From Verrucomicrobiota bacterium (lineage in GTDB: Bacteria; Verrucomicrobiota; Verrucomicrobiia; Limisphaerales; JAIPKD01), in assembly GCA_021733835.1 (NCBI GenBank), contig JAIPKD010000003.1, forward strand, positions 4,902-68,901: DNA of 64,000 nucleotides. The letters are read 5' to 3'. The notes beneath the pieces were generated by a model. That model was not told the DNA's origin. It saw only the letters and a program-made list of their open reading frames with translations, and searched no databases. This document shows, in pieces, positions 47,114 through 57,450 of this stretch (the first letter of the stretch is position 1; the number at the start of each line of letters is the position of its first letter). A program made the translations under genes and the position numbers.

Positions 47114-48679
47114 TTACTTGGCAAACTCAACGCAACGTGTTTCTCTAATCACAGTCACGCGTATTTGCCCCGGATATTGCAATACTTCCTCGACCTTCCT
47201 GGCAACAGAGCGCGCCAGATGGTACGCCGCATCGTCATCGACAATCTCCGGCTTCACGATCACACGCATCTCGCGTCCCGCTTGAAGCGCAAAGCATTTC
47301 TCGACGCCGTCGAATGATTTGCCTATCTTCTCGAGTTCTTCGAGCCGCTGAATGTATGTGGTCATTGATTCGGACCTAGCGCCCGGGCGTGAAGCACTTA
47401 TTGCATCGGCGGAACTAACCAAAATACCTAATATCCCATTATACGGCACCTCCTCATGATGCGACGCCACGCCGTCAATGATAGCGGGTGACTCGCCATG
47501 GCGTCTTAAGAAATCAGCGCCGACGATCGCATGTGCGCCTTCCACCTCGTGGTTCAGTGCCTTGCCTATATCATGCAACAACCCGGCGCGCTTGGCCTGG
47601 CCCACATCCACACCCAACTCACCGGCAAGCAAGCCAGCAAGATGTGAAACCTCGACCGAGTGATCCAATAGGTTCTGACTGAAGCTATGTCGAAAACGCA
47701 GCTTCCCAAGGAGTCGGATAACATCGACATGCAATGGGCCGACACCGGTCTTGAGCGCCGCCGCCTCGCCGGCGCGGACAACGGCTTCATCGATTTCCTG
47801 CGATACCTTCGCCACCACCTCCTCGATGCGGGTCGGATGAATTCGGCCGTCCTGAATAAGCCGGTTCATCGATTCACGTGCAACCTCGCGTCTGACGGGG
47901 TCAAACGACGAAAGCACCACGGCGTTTGGAGTATCATCGATCAGTACGGTTACGCCGGTTGCCGACTCGAAGGAGCGAATGTTTCTTCCTTCCCTGCCGA
48001 TGATGCGCCCCTTTATCTCATCCCCGGGCAGCGCGAGTGTGGAAGTGGTGGTTTCAAACGAGTGCTCACTGGCATACCTCTGGATAGCCATGGATATAAC
48101 CTTGCGCGCCTCCTCTTCGGCTGATATTCGGGCATCCTCGATTATATGTCGTGAAATATCACTCGCATCTTTGAGGGCACACTCCTCGATCTGCTTGATC
48201 AGCATTTCTCTGGCCTCGGTTTGGCTCAAATGCGAAATCTCTTCAAGCTTCCTCTTTTGAACCTCTTTTTGGTTATTTATTTCACACCACGAGGACTCAA
48301 GGGCGGCCTCCTTTTTGCGTAGGTCATTTTGTTCTTCGTGCAAGTGGTTCTCACGCTGAACCAGCTGTTCGAGTTGCCGGTTCAACAGGATATCCCTTTC
48401 ATTCAGTCGCGACTCAAGCTGCTCAAGCTCCTTGCGCTCATGCGCAAATGATTCCTCGACCTCCTTTCGGTACTTGATCGCTTGTTCGGATGCGGATACC
48501 TTCGCTTCTCTGAGAATGGTTTCCGCGACGCGCTTGGCCTCTTTAACGACATTCTCGGAGCGTGAAAACCTGCTTTTCTTTAGGAAGCGATACCAGCACC
48601 ACCACATTAAGGTGGCAATGACAACACCGGCTGCCAAATACGCGATGTTTTCCACAAAATTGTTTGCCAGTAACGTCAT
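47114..48679 (-). CDS. rny: ribonuclease Y
   Basis: An N-terminal TM helix, a coiled-coil region, a KH domain (GRIIGREGRNIRSFE) and an HD domain (LLHDIGKA). Confidence 0.9.
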   Translation of the reverse strand: MTLLANNFVENIAYLAAGVVIATLMWWCWYRFLKKSRFSRSENVVKEAKRVAETILREAKVSASEQAIKYRKEVEESFAHERKELEQLESRLNERDILLNRQLEQLVQRENHLHEEQNDLRKKEAALESSWCEINNQKEVQKRKLEEISHLSQTEAREMLIKQIEECALKDASDISRHIIEDARISAEEEARKVISMAIQRYASEHSFETTTSTLALPGDEIKGRIIGREGRNIRSFESATGVTVLIDDTPNAVVLSSFDPVRREVARESMNRLIQDGRIHPTRIEEVVAKVSQEIDEAVVRAGEAAALKTGVGPLHVDVIRLLGKLRFRHSFSQNLLDHSVEVSHLAGLLAGELGVDVGQAKRAGLLHDIGKALNHEVEGAHAIVGADFLRRHGESPAIIDGVASHHEEVPYNGILGILVSSADAISASRPGARSESMTTYIQRLEELEKIGKSFDGVEKCFALQAGREMRVIVKPEIVDDDAAYHLARSVARKVEEVLQYPGQIRVTVIRETRCVEFAK

Positions 48680-48680
48680 T

Positions 48681-49265
48681 TCATTTCCGGGCGCAGCCCG
48701 GCATCAGCCAACGCGCCGGCGTCAATACACAGTTCAACTTTATATCATGCGGTTCGCTTGGAATATCCTTGAGCAACTGGATATCCAATCCGATCCCGCA
48801 TTTCAAACCGCACGCCATCGACAGGAGCCGATCATAATACCCCACGCCCCTGCCCAACCGGCGGCCGCACTCGTCAAATGCTACCCCGGGAACCAACGTC
48901 ACGTCCAGATTCTTTATAGAAAAAAAACCGCAATCCGGCGCCGGCTCCCGAATCCCGTATCGTCCCCGTACAATATCTGTGTCCAAATCCCTGATTACCG
49001 CGCACTCATAGGAGCGATTGTCTCTATTGAACCGCGGAAGCGTCACGGTTTTCCCCAGGCTCAACGCACTTTCAACCATCGGCCAAATATCGGGTTCCTT
49101 ACCAATCGGTGCAAACAGCATCACGGCGTCGGCATTGATCCATTCGGGATGCGCTGCAAGCGCCTCGCATATACGCCGCGAATCTTGACGCCATTGTTCG
49201 AGGCCAACATCATCGAGGATGCGTTTCATTCGCCTGCGCAACTCGTGTTTATGCGCCTTAATCAT
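48681..49265 (-). CDS. 5-formyltetrahydrofolate cyclo-ligase
   Basis: VPGVAFDECGRRLGRGVGYYDRLL is the family signature. The protein is 194 aa. Confidence 0.8.
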   Translation of the reverse strand: MIKAHKHELRRRMKRILDDVGLEQWRQDSRRICEALAAHPEWINADAVMLFAPIGKEPDIWPMVESALSLGKTVTLPRFNRDNRSYECAVIRDLDTDIVRGRYGIREPAPDCGFFSIKNLDVTLVPGVAFDECGRRLGRGVGYYDRLLSMACGLKCGIGLDIQLLKDIPSEPHDIKLNCVLTPARWLMPGCARK

Positions 49266-49321
49266 ATTCCCTTATCCTTAGGGTTGCTCTATTGCCGACG
49301 TACTAGGCCGCCACGTTGCAC

Positions 49322-50689
49322 TCACTCGGTTTTCCCTCGCCTATGCAACGCTTCGAGTCTTTCTTTGAGCTTCTTTTCTCTGCCTTGATCAGTGGGTATG
49401 TAGTATGTCTTGTCCGCTCCTAAAAAGTCCTGTTCAACGTAATGGCCCGAATAATCGTGCGAGTACTTGTAATCCTTGCCGTGCCCAAGGCGCTCGGCGC
49501 CTTTATAGTGCGTGTCACGCAGGCTCTTCGGAACAGGCAAGGTATGTCCGCTCTTGACGTCCTTCAATGCCGCATCAATCGCGGTTATAGCCGAATTACT
49601 CTTGTCCGCCGCCGCTATGTATATCGCGGCTTCGGCAAGGGGAATCCGCGCTTCCGGCCAGCCGACGTATTCAGCCGCATTCGCCGCCGCTTGAGTCAAG
49701 ACCAGGGCCATTGGATCGGCGAGCCCAACGTCCTCCGCCGCACAGATAATCATCCGCCTGGCTATGAACCGCGGGTCCTCGCCGGCATGGATCATCTTCG
49801 CCAACCAATACATTGCCGCATCCGGCGCGCTGCCGCGCAATGATTTTATGAACGCGGATATGGTATCGTAATGCGCGTCGCCATCCCCGTCATACACAAC
49901 CGCCTTCCGTTGTATGCTCTGCTCGGCGGCGCCTATGTCGATATGAATTTTGCCGTTCCCGTTCCGCGGCGTGGTCAAGACGGCTATCTCAATGGCGTTC
50001 AGACATTTGCGCGCGTCACCGTCGGAAATCCCGGCCAGATGCTTCAACGCGTCTTCGTCAACGGCAACCGACATATCGCCCAATCCACGCTCTTTATCCT
50101 CAAGCGCCCGGCGCATCAAGGCGATCAAATCCTCGTCACCCAAAGGTTTGAGCTCGAATATGAGCGACCTGGAAACCAGCGGCGCATTTACGAAAAAGAA
50201 GGGGTTATGTGTTGTCGCCCCTATAAGCCGAACAACGCCGTTTTCAACATCCGGAAGCAAAACATCCTGCTGCGCCTTGTTAAACCGATGTATCTCGTCA
50301 ATGAACAGCAGCGTAGGCCTGTCACCGTTCGCCAGCCGGGTTGCCGCGGAAAACAATATCTTACGCAGCTCGGAAACATTGGACTCGACCCCACTCAGCC
50401 TCTCGAAGCGGCTCTTCGTATGTTTTGCAATTAATCCGGCTAAAGTCGTCTTTCCGGTGCCGGGCGGCCCGTAAAAAACAAGGGATTGGACGCGGTCGGC
50501 CTCGATCGCCCGGCGCAAGAGCTGGCCGGGCCCTATCAAATGATCCTGGCCCAACACCTCGTCAAGGCCGGCCGGACGCATGCGCGTCGCCAACGGCGAG
50601 GTCTTCCCGGCTTGCACATCCTTGGCGGTTGTTTCAGTAAGACCAAACAGATCGTCGCCGGACATAGAAAAACTTGATTTAAACAACAA
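49322..50689 (-). CDS. rarA: replication-associated recombination protein A (AAA+ ATPase RarA/MgsA)
   Basis: [13 protein letters not shown], Walker B LFIDEIHRFNKAQQD, and the C-terminal MgsA domain (DAHYDTISAFIKSLRGSAPDAAMYWLA). Confidence 0.9.
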   Translation of the reverse strand: MLFKSSFSMSGDDLFGLTETTAKDVQAGKTSPLATRMRPAGLDEVLGQDHLIGPGQLLRRAIEADRVQSLVFYGPPGTGKTTLAGLIAKHTKSRFERLSGVESNVSELRKILFSAATRLANGDRPTLLFIDEIHRFNKAQQDVLLPDVENGVVRLIGATTHNPFFFVNAPLVSRSLIFELKPLGDEDLIALMRRALEDKERGLGDMSVAVDEDALKHLAGISDGDARKCLNAIEIAVLTTPRNGNGKIHIDIGAAEQSIQRKAVVYDGDGDAHYDTISAFIKSLRGSAPDAAMYWLAKMIHAGEDPRFIARRMIICAAEDVGLADPMALVLTQAAANAAEYVGWPEARIPLAEAAIYIAAADKSNSAITAIDAALKDVKSGHTLPVPKSLRDTHYKGAERLGHGKDYKYSHDYSGHYVEQDFLGADKTYYIPTDQGREKKLKERLEALHRRGKTE

Positions 50690-51179
50690 CTGCGGCGAGC
50701 TACCGCATCGAAATTACGTGTGCAACTCGCGCTCGCGGGTTGAGCTCTCTTTTACTTAACCATGCTCGCACTAATCCTCGGTCTATATTCGAAAAAACAA
50801 CCCCGCCTTTGCCGTGTAGAACTGTTCCTTTGAACAATTCGGAAACAAACGAGGGACGCACTGACCGACTTTCGCCTTCCCCGCAAAGGGGCTTGACGGC
50901 CGCCGGCCAAGATGTTGTCCCATAATTTAGAGACTACGGTTCAAGGACTTAGTTTCGTATCACGCGCAAGGCAGGGCCGAATCCTAAAAATCTGCTCACA
51001 CGGTCTTTCAAAGAGCTCCGCTCATTCCATGAATAATATCGCGGAATAGAAACAATTACTCAAGATAAAAAGCGCCGATCCTGTACGTTTGACGCAAATA
51101 GGATGGAAAAGACTGAAAACATGATTCATCGCCGACGTGTTCTTGAATTGATCCGGCAAGGCATGTAATATAGGAAATC

Positions 51180-51830
51180 GTGAGAATTGATTGGAGAAAG
51201 AGTTTACCGTTCATTCTAGTGTTATTGTTCGCCTTGAGCAGGATACCCGGCGTTATGCCGGAGAACTTCAGCGCGGCATACGCACTGGCATTCTGCGCGG
51301 GCGCCTTTTTTCCGAAGAAACTGGCGTGGATTCTACCGCTCGGCACACTATTGATAACAGACACACTCCTCAACATATTCCACTACCACACCGCGCCGTT
51401 CAATCTGTATATGATCGGTAATTACGCCGCCTATGCCGGCATCATCCTACTAGGACGCGCATTCTCGGGGAAGCCGGCCGGCTTCAAGCTCAGCGGCGGC
51501 GGAAAACTAGGCGGTTTCGCTTCATGGCTGACCCTTCTATGCGGCGGCATAGTCGGAGCGCTGGTCTTTTACGTAGTAACAAATACTTTCTCATGGATAT
51601 TAATGCCGGAATACGCCAAGACATTTGCCGGTTGGATTCAGGCATTGACCGTCGGCACACCGGGCTGGCCGCACACGTGGGAGTTCTTCAGGAGCACACT
51701 CATGAGCGGCGGACTATTCACCGGTTTGTTCGCGGGCGCAATGAAATTCAGCGAAGCACTCGAACCCTCCGAAGCCGAAGAGCCGGAGCCGGAACCAGCT
51801 GAATCCGAGTCCGAAGAATCCCCGGCATGA
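51180..51830 (+). CDS. DUF6580-like polytopic membrane protein (putative transporter S-component-like)
   Basis: NFSAAYALAFCAGAFFPKKLAWILPLGTLLITD and FYVVTNTFSWI...FFRSTLMSGGLFTG resemble my recollection of DUF6580 (NFTPI.ALALFGGAYF..K.LAF..PL...). There is a GTG start and an acidic tail (EAEEPEPEPAESESEESPA). Confidence 0.5.
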   Translation: MRIDWRKSLPFILVLLFALSRIPGVMPENFSAAYALAFCAGAFFPKKLAWILPLGTLLITDTLLNIFHYHTAPFNLYMIGNYAAYAGIILLGRAFSGKPAGFKLSGGGKLGGFASWLTLLCGGIVGALVFYVVTNTFSWILMPEYAKTFAGWIQALTVGTPGWPHTWEFFRSTLMSGGLFTGLFAGAMKFSEALEPSEAEEPEPEPAESESEESPA

Positions 51831-52125
51831 CCAGCCACATAGCCGGAAACCCTAATTATCACAAGCCCGAGTAACTTCCTCCCACATAAATACGAAATAG
51901 GTTTATTCCTACAGCCCGCTCGCGTCTTGAGCGGATGCGGAACAGCAGACGATCAAACAAAAAACTCCGCCGGTTGAATTACTTGCTTTTCAGCGCGCGG
52001 AAATTCAGGTATTGTAATTTATTGGAAAATGAAGTATCTCAGCGCACGAGGCCTTGTCCGGGTTCCTCAGCGGCCTGGATCAATGCAATTGCAATGTCTC
52101 GAGAATATCTGATAAAATCTAAGTT

Positions 52126-54048
52126 ATGAAATATATTCTAACTATACTGTTCGTCTCATGCCTGGTGACAACAGGATTCGCACAATCCAACGGGCCTACC
52201 AGCTTTTTCAGCCGCGTCTATACTCTCATCCAAGAAGCCGACAGCCTTTCAGCAACCGACAACTACACACTCGCCGCCGAAAAATACGAAGAAGCCAAGC
52301 AGGGACTCCAGCAAATCAAGAGCGCTTACCCCTCATGGCACAAAAACGTGATCGACTACCGTCTGGATTATGTCACCGAAAAACTGAATGCTATCAAACC
52401 CAACCTGCCGCAAGTCCAACAAGCGGCCGATGAGGAGGCCGCAGCGGCAGCTAAGGAACAAGCCGAGGCCGATAAATCCACCGAATTCCATCTCCGCATG
52501 CAGTTGCGTCAGCTCAAGATGGAAAACGAAAACCTTCAGTCCAAACTTCGCGAGGCGCTCTCGGCGGAACCGGCCACCGTCAGCACCGAGGAACTGGCGC
52601 AAGCCGAAAGCAAGATTCAAGAGCTCGAAGAAGCCAACCGTAAACTCAAGTCCGAACTCGAAAAACAACAGGCAACAATCGAAAAAGACGTCGATAAGAA
52701 AGAACTCGATTCACTAAACCAGCAACTCGCCGACGCCGAAAACAAGATCAGCGAACAAACCAAACTTATCGAGACACTCAAAGAAGAAAAGCAAGTACTC
52801 GAATCCCGGGTCGACGAACTGGCCAAAGACGATACAGTCGAGCAATTACGCACAGAAAACAAGCAGCTCCAACAACGCGTCGACTCCCTCCAAACCAAGC
52901 TTCAAGCCCTTGATATCCAGGAAGAGGCCGCCGATAAAATAGCTTCCCAGGCCGAAAGAATCGAGTTCCTCCAAGAAACAAACAAGATTCTCGAATCGCG
53001 AATAGAGGCCCTTATCACGGCCGACAGGAGCGAAGAATTAAGGAAGGAAAACCAGGAGCTCTGCACAAAAATATCCGAGCTCGAAGCCAAACTTGAAAGC
53101 GTCCCGAGCGGCGAAGTCGAGCAAATCCCGGGTCAGGCAGTCAGCGAGCTCCGTGAGCGGATTCAGCAACAGGAATCAACTATCAACGAACTCAAGAGCG
53201 CAAACCAGGAGCTTACCAACGAGCTCCAGACAATCCTCAAGACCTTCTCCATTAAGAAACCGCCCGCTTCCACTAATGCAGCTCCGGAGACACCCGCGGA
53301 AGAAACAAACGCACCGAGCGATACCGTCGAATCAAAAAACACCATCCAGAAACTCCGCGCACACCTCCAGGCTTACGAAGAGAATGTAGAGCCATATTCA
53401 AAAGAGGAATTGGGCATGTTCAATCCGGGCGGTATCGGTATAAACGGTTCCACCCAGGACGTCTCGGGCGCATCAATAAAACGCCTGCCCGCCGGCTCGG
53501 ACAGCCTAGCGGCTGAGGCGCGCAAGGCCTTTGCGGCGGGGAATCTTGATGTCGCCGAACAGAAATACCTGGAAATCCTCGAGATGGACGAGAATAACGT
53601 GTCCACACTCGGCGATCTGGCCGCCATCCAAATCGAACAGGGTAACCTGGCGGCAGCCGGGAAGAACCTTACCAAGGCCATTAACCTGGAACCAACCGAC
53701 GCGTTCAACCTCAAGTTAATGGGAATAGTCAGATTCAGGCAGGGTAATTTCGATAAGGCCATCGACGTCCTTTACCGCGCAGCACAGATTTCACCGAACG
53801 ACCCCGAGGTCTACAATTATCTCGGCATCTCACTCAGTCAGAAGGGCCTCCGCGGTTTGGCCGAACGCGCACTTTGGCGTGCGGTCAGCATTCGAAGCGA
53901 TTATACGAGCGCGCACTACAATCTCGCCGTCCTATACGCAACTCAGAATCCGCCGAGCAACGGCTTGTTCAGGTACCATTATAACAAGGCCCTCGATCTC
54001 GGTCATTCCCCCAGCCCGCAACTCGAGGCCATGCTGAGCAATCAGTAA
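52126..54048 (+). CDS. secreted coiled-coil protein with C-terminal TPR repeats
   Basis: A signal peptide, about 350 aa of E/Q/K/L-rich heptad sequence, and a C-terminal TPR block (..AAGNLDVAEQKYLEILEMDENN..., ..GNFDKAIDVLYRAAQISPNDPEVYNYLG...). Confidence 0.5.
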   Translation: MKYILTILFVSCLVTTGFAQSNGPTSFFSRVYTLIQEADSLSATDNYTLAAEKYEEAKQGLQQIKSAYPSWHKNVIDYRLDYVTEKLNAIKPNLPQVQQAADEEAAAAAKEQAEADKSTEFHLRMQLRQLKMENENLQSKLREALSAEPATVSTEELAQAESKIQELEEANRKLKSELEKQQATIEKDVDKKELDSLNQQLADAENKISEQTKLIETLKEEKQVLESRVDELAKDDTVEQLRTENKQLQQRVDSLQTKLQALDIQEEAADKIASQAERIEFLQETNKILESRIEALITADRSEELRKENQELCTKISELEAKLESVPSGEVEQIPGQAVSELRERIQQQESTINELKSANQELTNELQTILKTFSIKKPPASTNAAPETPAEETNAPSDTVESKNTIQKLRAHLQAYEENVEPYSKEELGMFNPGGIGINGSTQDVSGASIKRLPAGSDSLAAEARKAFAAGNLDVAEQKYLEILEMDENNVSTLGDLAAIQIEQGNLAAAGKNLTKAINLEPTDAFNLKLMGIVRFRQGNFDKAIDVLYRAAQISPNDPEVYNYLGISLSQKGLRGLAERALWRAVSIRSDYTSAHYNLAVLYATQNPPSNGLFRYHYNKALDLGHSPSPQLEAMLSNQ

Positions 54049-54058
54049 AAAAACTAAA

Positions 54059-55993
54059 CTACGAAATCGGCGGGGCCGCCGCCGGGGCTTCTTTGGGCAT
54101 CTGCCGTCCAATCAACGAATAGAACGCCGGGCCGTCCAATGTCTCGCGACGCAGGAGTTCGCCGGTTACTTTCTCCAACTGATCTTTGTGCTGTTCAAGT
54201 ATCTCCTTGGCCTCCAAGTAGGCCTTCTCAAGGATAACCTTCACCTCCTTATCCACCTCACGCGCCGTTTCATCACTGAAGTCCCGGTAGAACGAGCCGT
54301 CGCCCTGTAGAAATGTGGGCGTATTCGGTTTTCCGCCATGCGCCAGCCCGAGCGTCTCACTCATTCCATAAAGACATACCATCTGCCTTGCGAGGATAGT
54401 CGCGCGTTCAAGATCATTTTCAGCGCCCGTGGTCACCTCGCCGTACTGCGTCTGTTCCGCCGCCCTACCCCCGAGCATCCCGCGTATGCGATCCAGCAAC
54501 TCGGAGTGCGTTAGCAGGTACTGATTGTCGGCGGGCATCTGGTAGGTGTACCCGAGCGCCGCGCGTCCACGTGGGACGATACTTATCTTATGCACCGGAT
54601 CACATCCTTTGCTGTACGCCGAGACCAGGGCATGCCCGACCTCGTGAAAGGCGACACGTTGCTTCTCCTGCTCCGAGAGCCGACGGCTCTTGCGTTCCGG
54701 GCCCGCCACGACCTTTTCAACCGCTTCCTCAAGGTCCTTCTGAGAAATCGCCTTTGCGTGTCTCCGTGCCGCCAGCAACGCCGCTTCATTCAATGCATTC
54801 GCCAGATCAGCGCCGGAAAATCCCGGTGTGGCCTGCGCGATTCGCCGTAAATCCACCTCATCCGACAACGGCTTCTCTCGTGCGTGCACCTTCAAAATCG
54901 CCTCGCGCCCGTCTATATCGGGCGCATCAACCACTACCTGCCTGTCGAACCTTCCCGGACGCAGCAACGCGCGATCCAATACATCAGGACGGTTGGTGGC
55001 GGCGAGCAGGATTATCCCGATGTTCGCGGCAAACCCGTCCATCTCGGCCAACAACTGATTCAATGTCTGTTCCCGCTCATCATTGACGGCGCCCACATGG
55101 ACACCCCGCTGCCTTCCGATGGCATCAAGCTCATCGATAAAAATAATACACGGCGCCTGGCCCTTGGCCTGCTGGAACAGGTCGCGCACTCGCGCCGCGC
55201 CCACGCCGACGAACATTTCAACAAAATCACTACCACTGAGCGAGTAGAACGGCACCCCCGCCTCTCCCGCCACGGCGCGCGCAAGCAGCGTTTTTCCCGT
55301 ACCCGGCGGGCCGACAAGAAGGACACCTTTAGGCGTCTTCGCCCCGACCGATTTGTACCTGTTCGGATTCTGTAGGAAATCCACCACCTCCTGCAACTCG
55401 TACTTTGCCTCATCGCAACCAGCCACATCATTGAACACTACGCCCGTGGACTTATCAGGCACAAGCCGCGCCTTGCTCTTACCGAAACTCAACATAGACT
55501 GCCCCGCCGAGCCCATCTTCTTGGAAATCAATACCCACAACAACACGATCAACCCGATCGGCAGTATCCAGGCGAACAGAAACTGCATTAAATAATCCGG
55601 TTTAACCCCTATGTACTTCACGTTCGATTCCTCGAGCTGCTTGGTTAAATCCGGATCATCCACCCTTACGGTCCTGAACATAAACTCATTTTCTTCAGCC
55701 GCACCCTCGGCGCTCTGAACGGCGGCATCCGATCCCCCGCCATCACCGGGCCGCGTCATAATCTTGCCGTTTATCTCATCCTTTGAAACCCTGCATTCAA
55801 CGACCTCATTGCTCCTCAAATGTTCCTTAAACTCGCTATACGGTATGGTCTTGACGGTAAGATGCGAAAACACCGCCTGCCAAATTAAAATCAAGGCGAA
55901 TGCAATTAAAAAATATGCGAACGGAAACCTCCATTGCGGGCGGTAATCCTTGGACGGTTTCCGCCGGCCCGTATTATCATTTCGTCCATTCAT
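54059..55993 (-). CDS. ftsH: ATP-dependent zinc metalloprotease FtsH
   Basis: AAA module [18 protein letters not shown], Walker [10 protein letters not shown], the SRH region and the zinc motif HEVGHAL. Confidence 0.93.
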   Translation of the reverse strand: MNGRNDNTGRRKPSKDYRPQWRFPFAYFLIAFALILIWQAVFSHLTVKTIPYSEFKEHLRSNEVVECRVSKDEINGKIMTRPGDGGGSDAAVQSAEGAAEENEFMFRTVRVDDPDLTKQLEESNVKYIGVKPDYLMQFLFAWILPIGLIVLLWVLISKKMGSAGQSMLSFGKSKARLVPDKSTGVVFNDVAGCDEAKYELQEVVDFLQNPNRYKSVGAKTPKGVLLVGPPGTGKTLLARAVAGEAGVPFYSLSGSDFVEMFVGVGAARVRDLFQQAKGQAPCIIFIDELDAIGRQRGVHVGAVNDEREQTLNQLLAEMDGFAANIGIILLAATNRPDVLDRALLRPGRFDRQVVVDAPDIDGREAILKVHAREKPLSDEVDLRRIAQATPGFSGADLANALNEAALLAARRHAKAISQKDLEEAVEKVVAGPERKSRRLSEQEKQRVAFHEVGHALVSAYSKGCDPVHKISIVPRGRAALGYTYQMPADNQYLLTHSELLDRIRGMLGGRAAEQTQYGEVTTGAENDLERATILARQMVCLYGMSETLGLAHGGKPNTPTFLQGDGSFYRDFSDETAREVDKEVKVILEKAYLEAKEILEQHKDQLEKVTGELLRRETLDGPAFYSLIGRQMPKEAPAAAPPIS

Positions 55994-56094
55994 TTCTTAT
56001 TCAAAATACCCTAATAAAACGCGGTTTCAAAGGAAACTTCCTCACACAGGACTCCGCCGCCCGGTCGCCGTCCCATCCCACCCCGGAATCCCGG

Positions 56095-57423
56095 TCATTC
56101 ATCCATCGACACCGGCGCCATCAATGCATCGCTCATACCGTGAATGATCTTCTTATCCGGCGGGCAGACAGTGGCCAGAACTCCCGATAACACCTCACGA
56201 TAATTACCATCGCCGCCCTCGACAAAATAATATGGACACAGCCGGGCACGACCTTGCATCTCAACGAGCCGCGCGTCTTCAAAATCGTACCACTCGCTGC
56301 GCACCCTTTTCGGCTTATGGTACTCTTGCAGAATCCATGGCGAATCCCCGAAACTTTCCAGCGCATGGTCTATCGCATCGCTCCACTCCCGGCGGGAAAT
56401 ATCGCTGCCCAGGAACACGCCGCGCGCACCCCACGCCCTCTCCGAAAAACCGGATATCTTCAAAATCAGATTGCGCCGCTTCTGCGAGAAATCCCGTAAC
56501 TCGTCCCAATCGGTTATCTCCAACCGCGGCACCGCCGCATGCGGCGGCATGGGCGAAGGGTCGATGATCCACGAATAAGGAACTATGCCCTGCATCTTCC
56601 TGAAAAACTTTTCACCCAGCTCCCGCCTCCAGAACTCACGTAAACGCCCGTTCCATAACAATGCAAAAAGCGCCTTCTCCTCAAAAACCGGCTTTGGCGG
56701 CGGCGTCAATATAATTTTATTGAACAATGCACTTTCAACAACCCTCCCCCAACATTCAATATTGTCAAGATCAAATAATTCAAAAAACCGGTAAACCGCG
56801 TCGCCTTCGGAAAAACCATTGAAGTCCGAACCAACCACCTTGAATCTCCCGGCACCCAAACGCTCGGACAACCAGCGCATCTCGGGCCGGTACGTGGAGG
56901 CCTCCTCGGAAACGACGATCCATACCCGCTCGGCATCACCAAAGACATTACTGAACCCGGACATCATCCCCGTGGGGCCGCCTACTACATTATCTCCCAA
57001 GGACTCATAAACCTCGTTCATCCACGCCGTCAAACCTATACCGCCGGGCACGCTGTCAAGTTCAGTCAATATGAAACCATCATCAACAGGCAACAGATCG
57101 GGTCTGATAATTCGGGGAATATCATTCTTAAACGCCGCGCTGCGTTGAAGGTCGATAAGGCACTGCGGCTTGCCCGCATCCAAAAGGTCGGCTACCCAGC
57201 CGGGCTCCTTTCCCTCCACACTCCGGCGATAAAGCGCGTTCACCGCCAAATAAAATTTCAATAATACCCGCCCCAGAAATTCCAGCTCGCGCAATGCACG
57301 GCGATCCAGCTTGAACGGATACGGCGCAATCCGCCAATCCATCTCCGAGAACAAACCCCCGGCCGGGATACGTGTCTTTATATACTGCGCGCGTTCACGC
57401 GGCGTTTCAGGTTTATTCTGCAT
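56095..57423 (-). CDS. conserved hypothetical protein with ATP-grasp-like features (glutathione / glutathionylspermidine synthetase-like)
   Basis: LILKISGFSERAWGARGVFLG....PWILQEY resembles the Lys-containing strand, Gly-rich loop and QEY hinge of ATP-grasp enzymes. FEEKALFALLWN resembles the GSP-synthetase-family segment. This assignment rests on weak motif recall only. Confidence 0.3.
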   Translation of the reverse strand: MQNKPETPRERAQYIKTRIPAGGLFSEMDWRIAPYPFKLDRRALRELEFLGRVLLKFYLAVNALYRRSVEGKEPGWVADLLDAGKPQCLIDLQRSAAFKNDIPRIIRPDLLPVDDGFILTELDSVPGGIGLTAWMNEVYESLGDNVVGGPTGMMSGFSNVFGDAERVWIVVSEEASTYRPEMRWLSERLGAGRFKVVGSDFNGFSEGDAVYRFFELFDLDNIECWGRVVESALFNKIILTPPPKPVFEEKALFALLWNGRLREFWRRELGEKFFRKMQGIVPYSWIIDPSPMPPHAAVPRLEITDWDELRDFSQKRRNLILKISGFSERAWGARGVFLGSDISRREWSDAIDHALESFGDSPWILQEYHKPKRVRSEWYDFEDARLVEMQGRARLCPYYFVEGGDGNYREVLSGVLATVCPPDKKIIHGMSDALMAPVSMDE

Positions 57424-57450
57424 GCGCTGAAATCCTTGTTTGCACTAACC

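Noticed and set aside
48432-49388. A 318-aa ORF on the + strand.
   Set aside because: It is antisense to rny, the 5-formyl-THF cyclo-ligase gene and the 3' end of rarA, all of which have strong motif support.
50690-51179. A known riboswitch (cobalamin, preQ1, TPP, c-di-GMP, fluoride or ZTP) upstream of the DUF6580 transporter-like gene.
   Set aside because: I could not find a B12 box, GCCACTG or any other class-defining consensus by eye. Only a generic hairpin cluster remains, and it is reported separately as a low-confidence finding.
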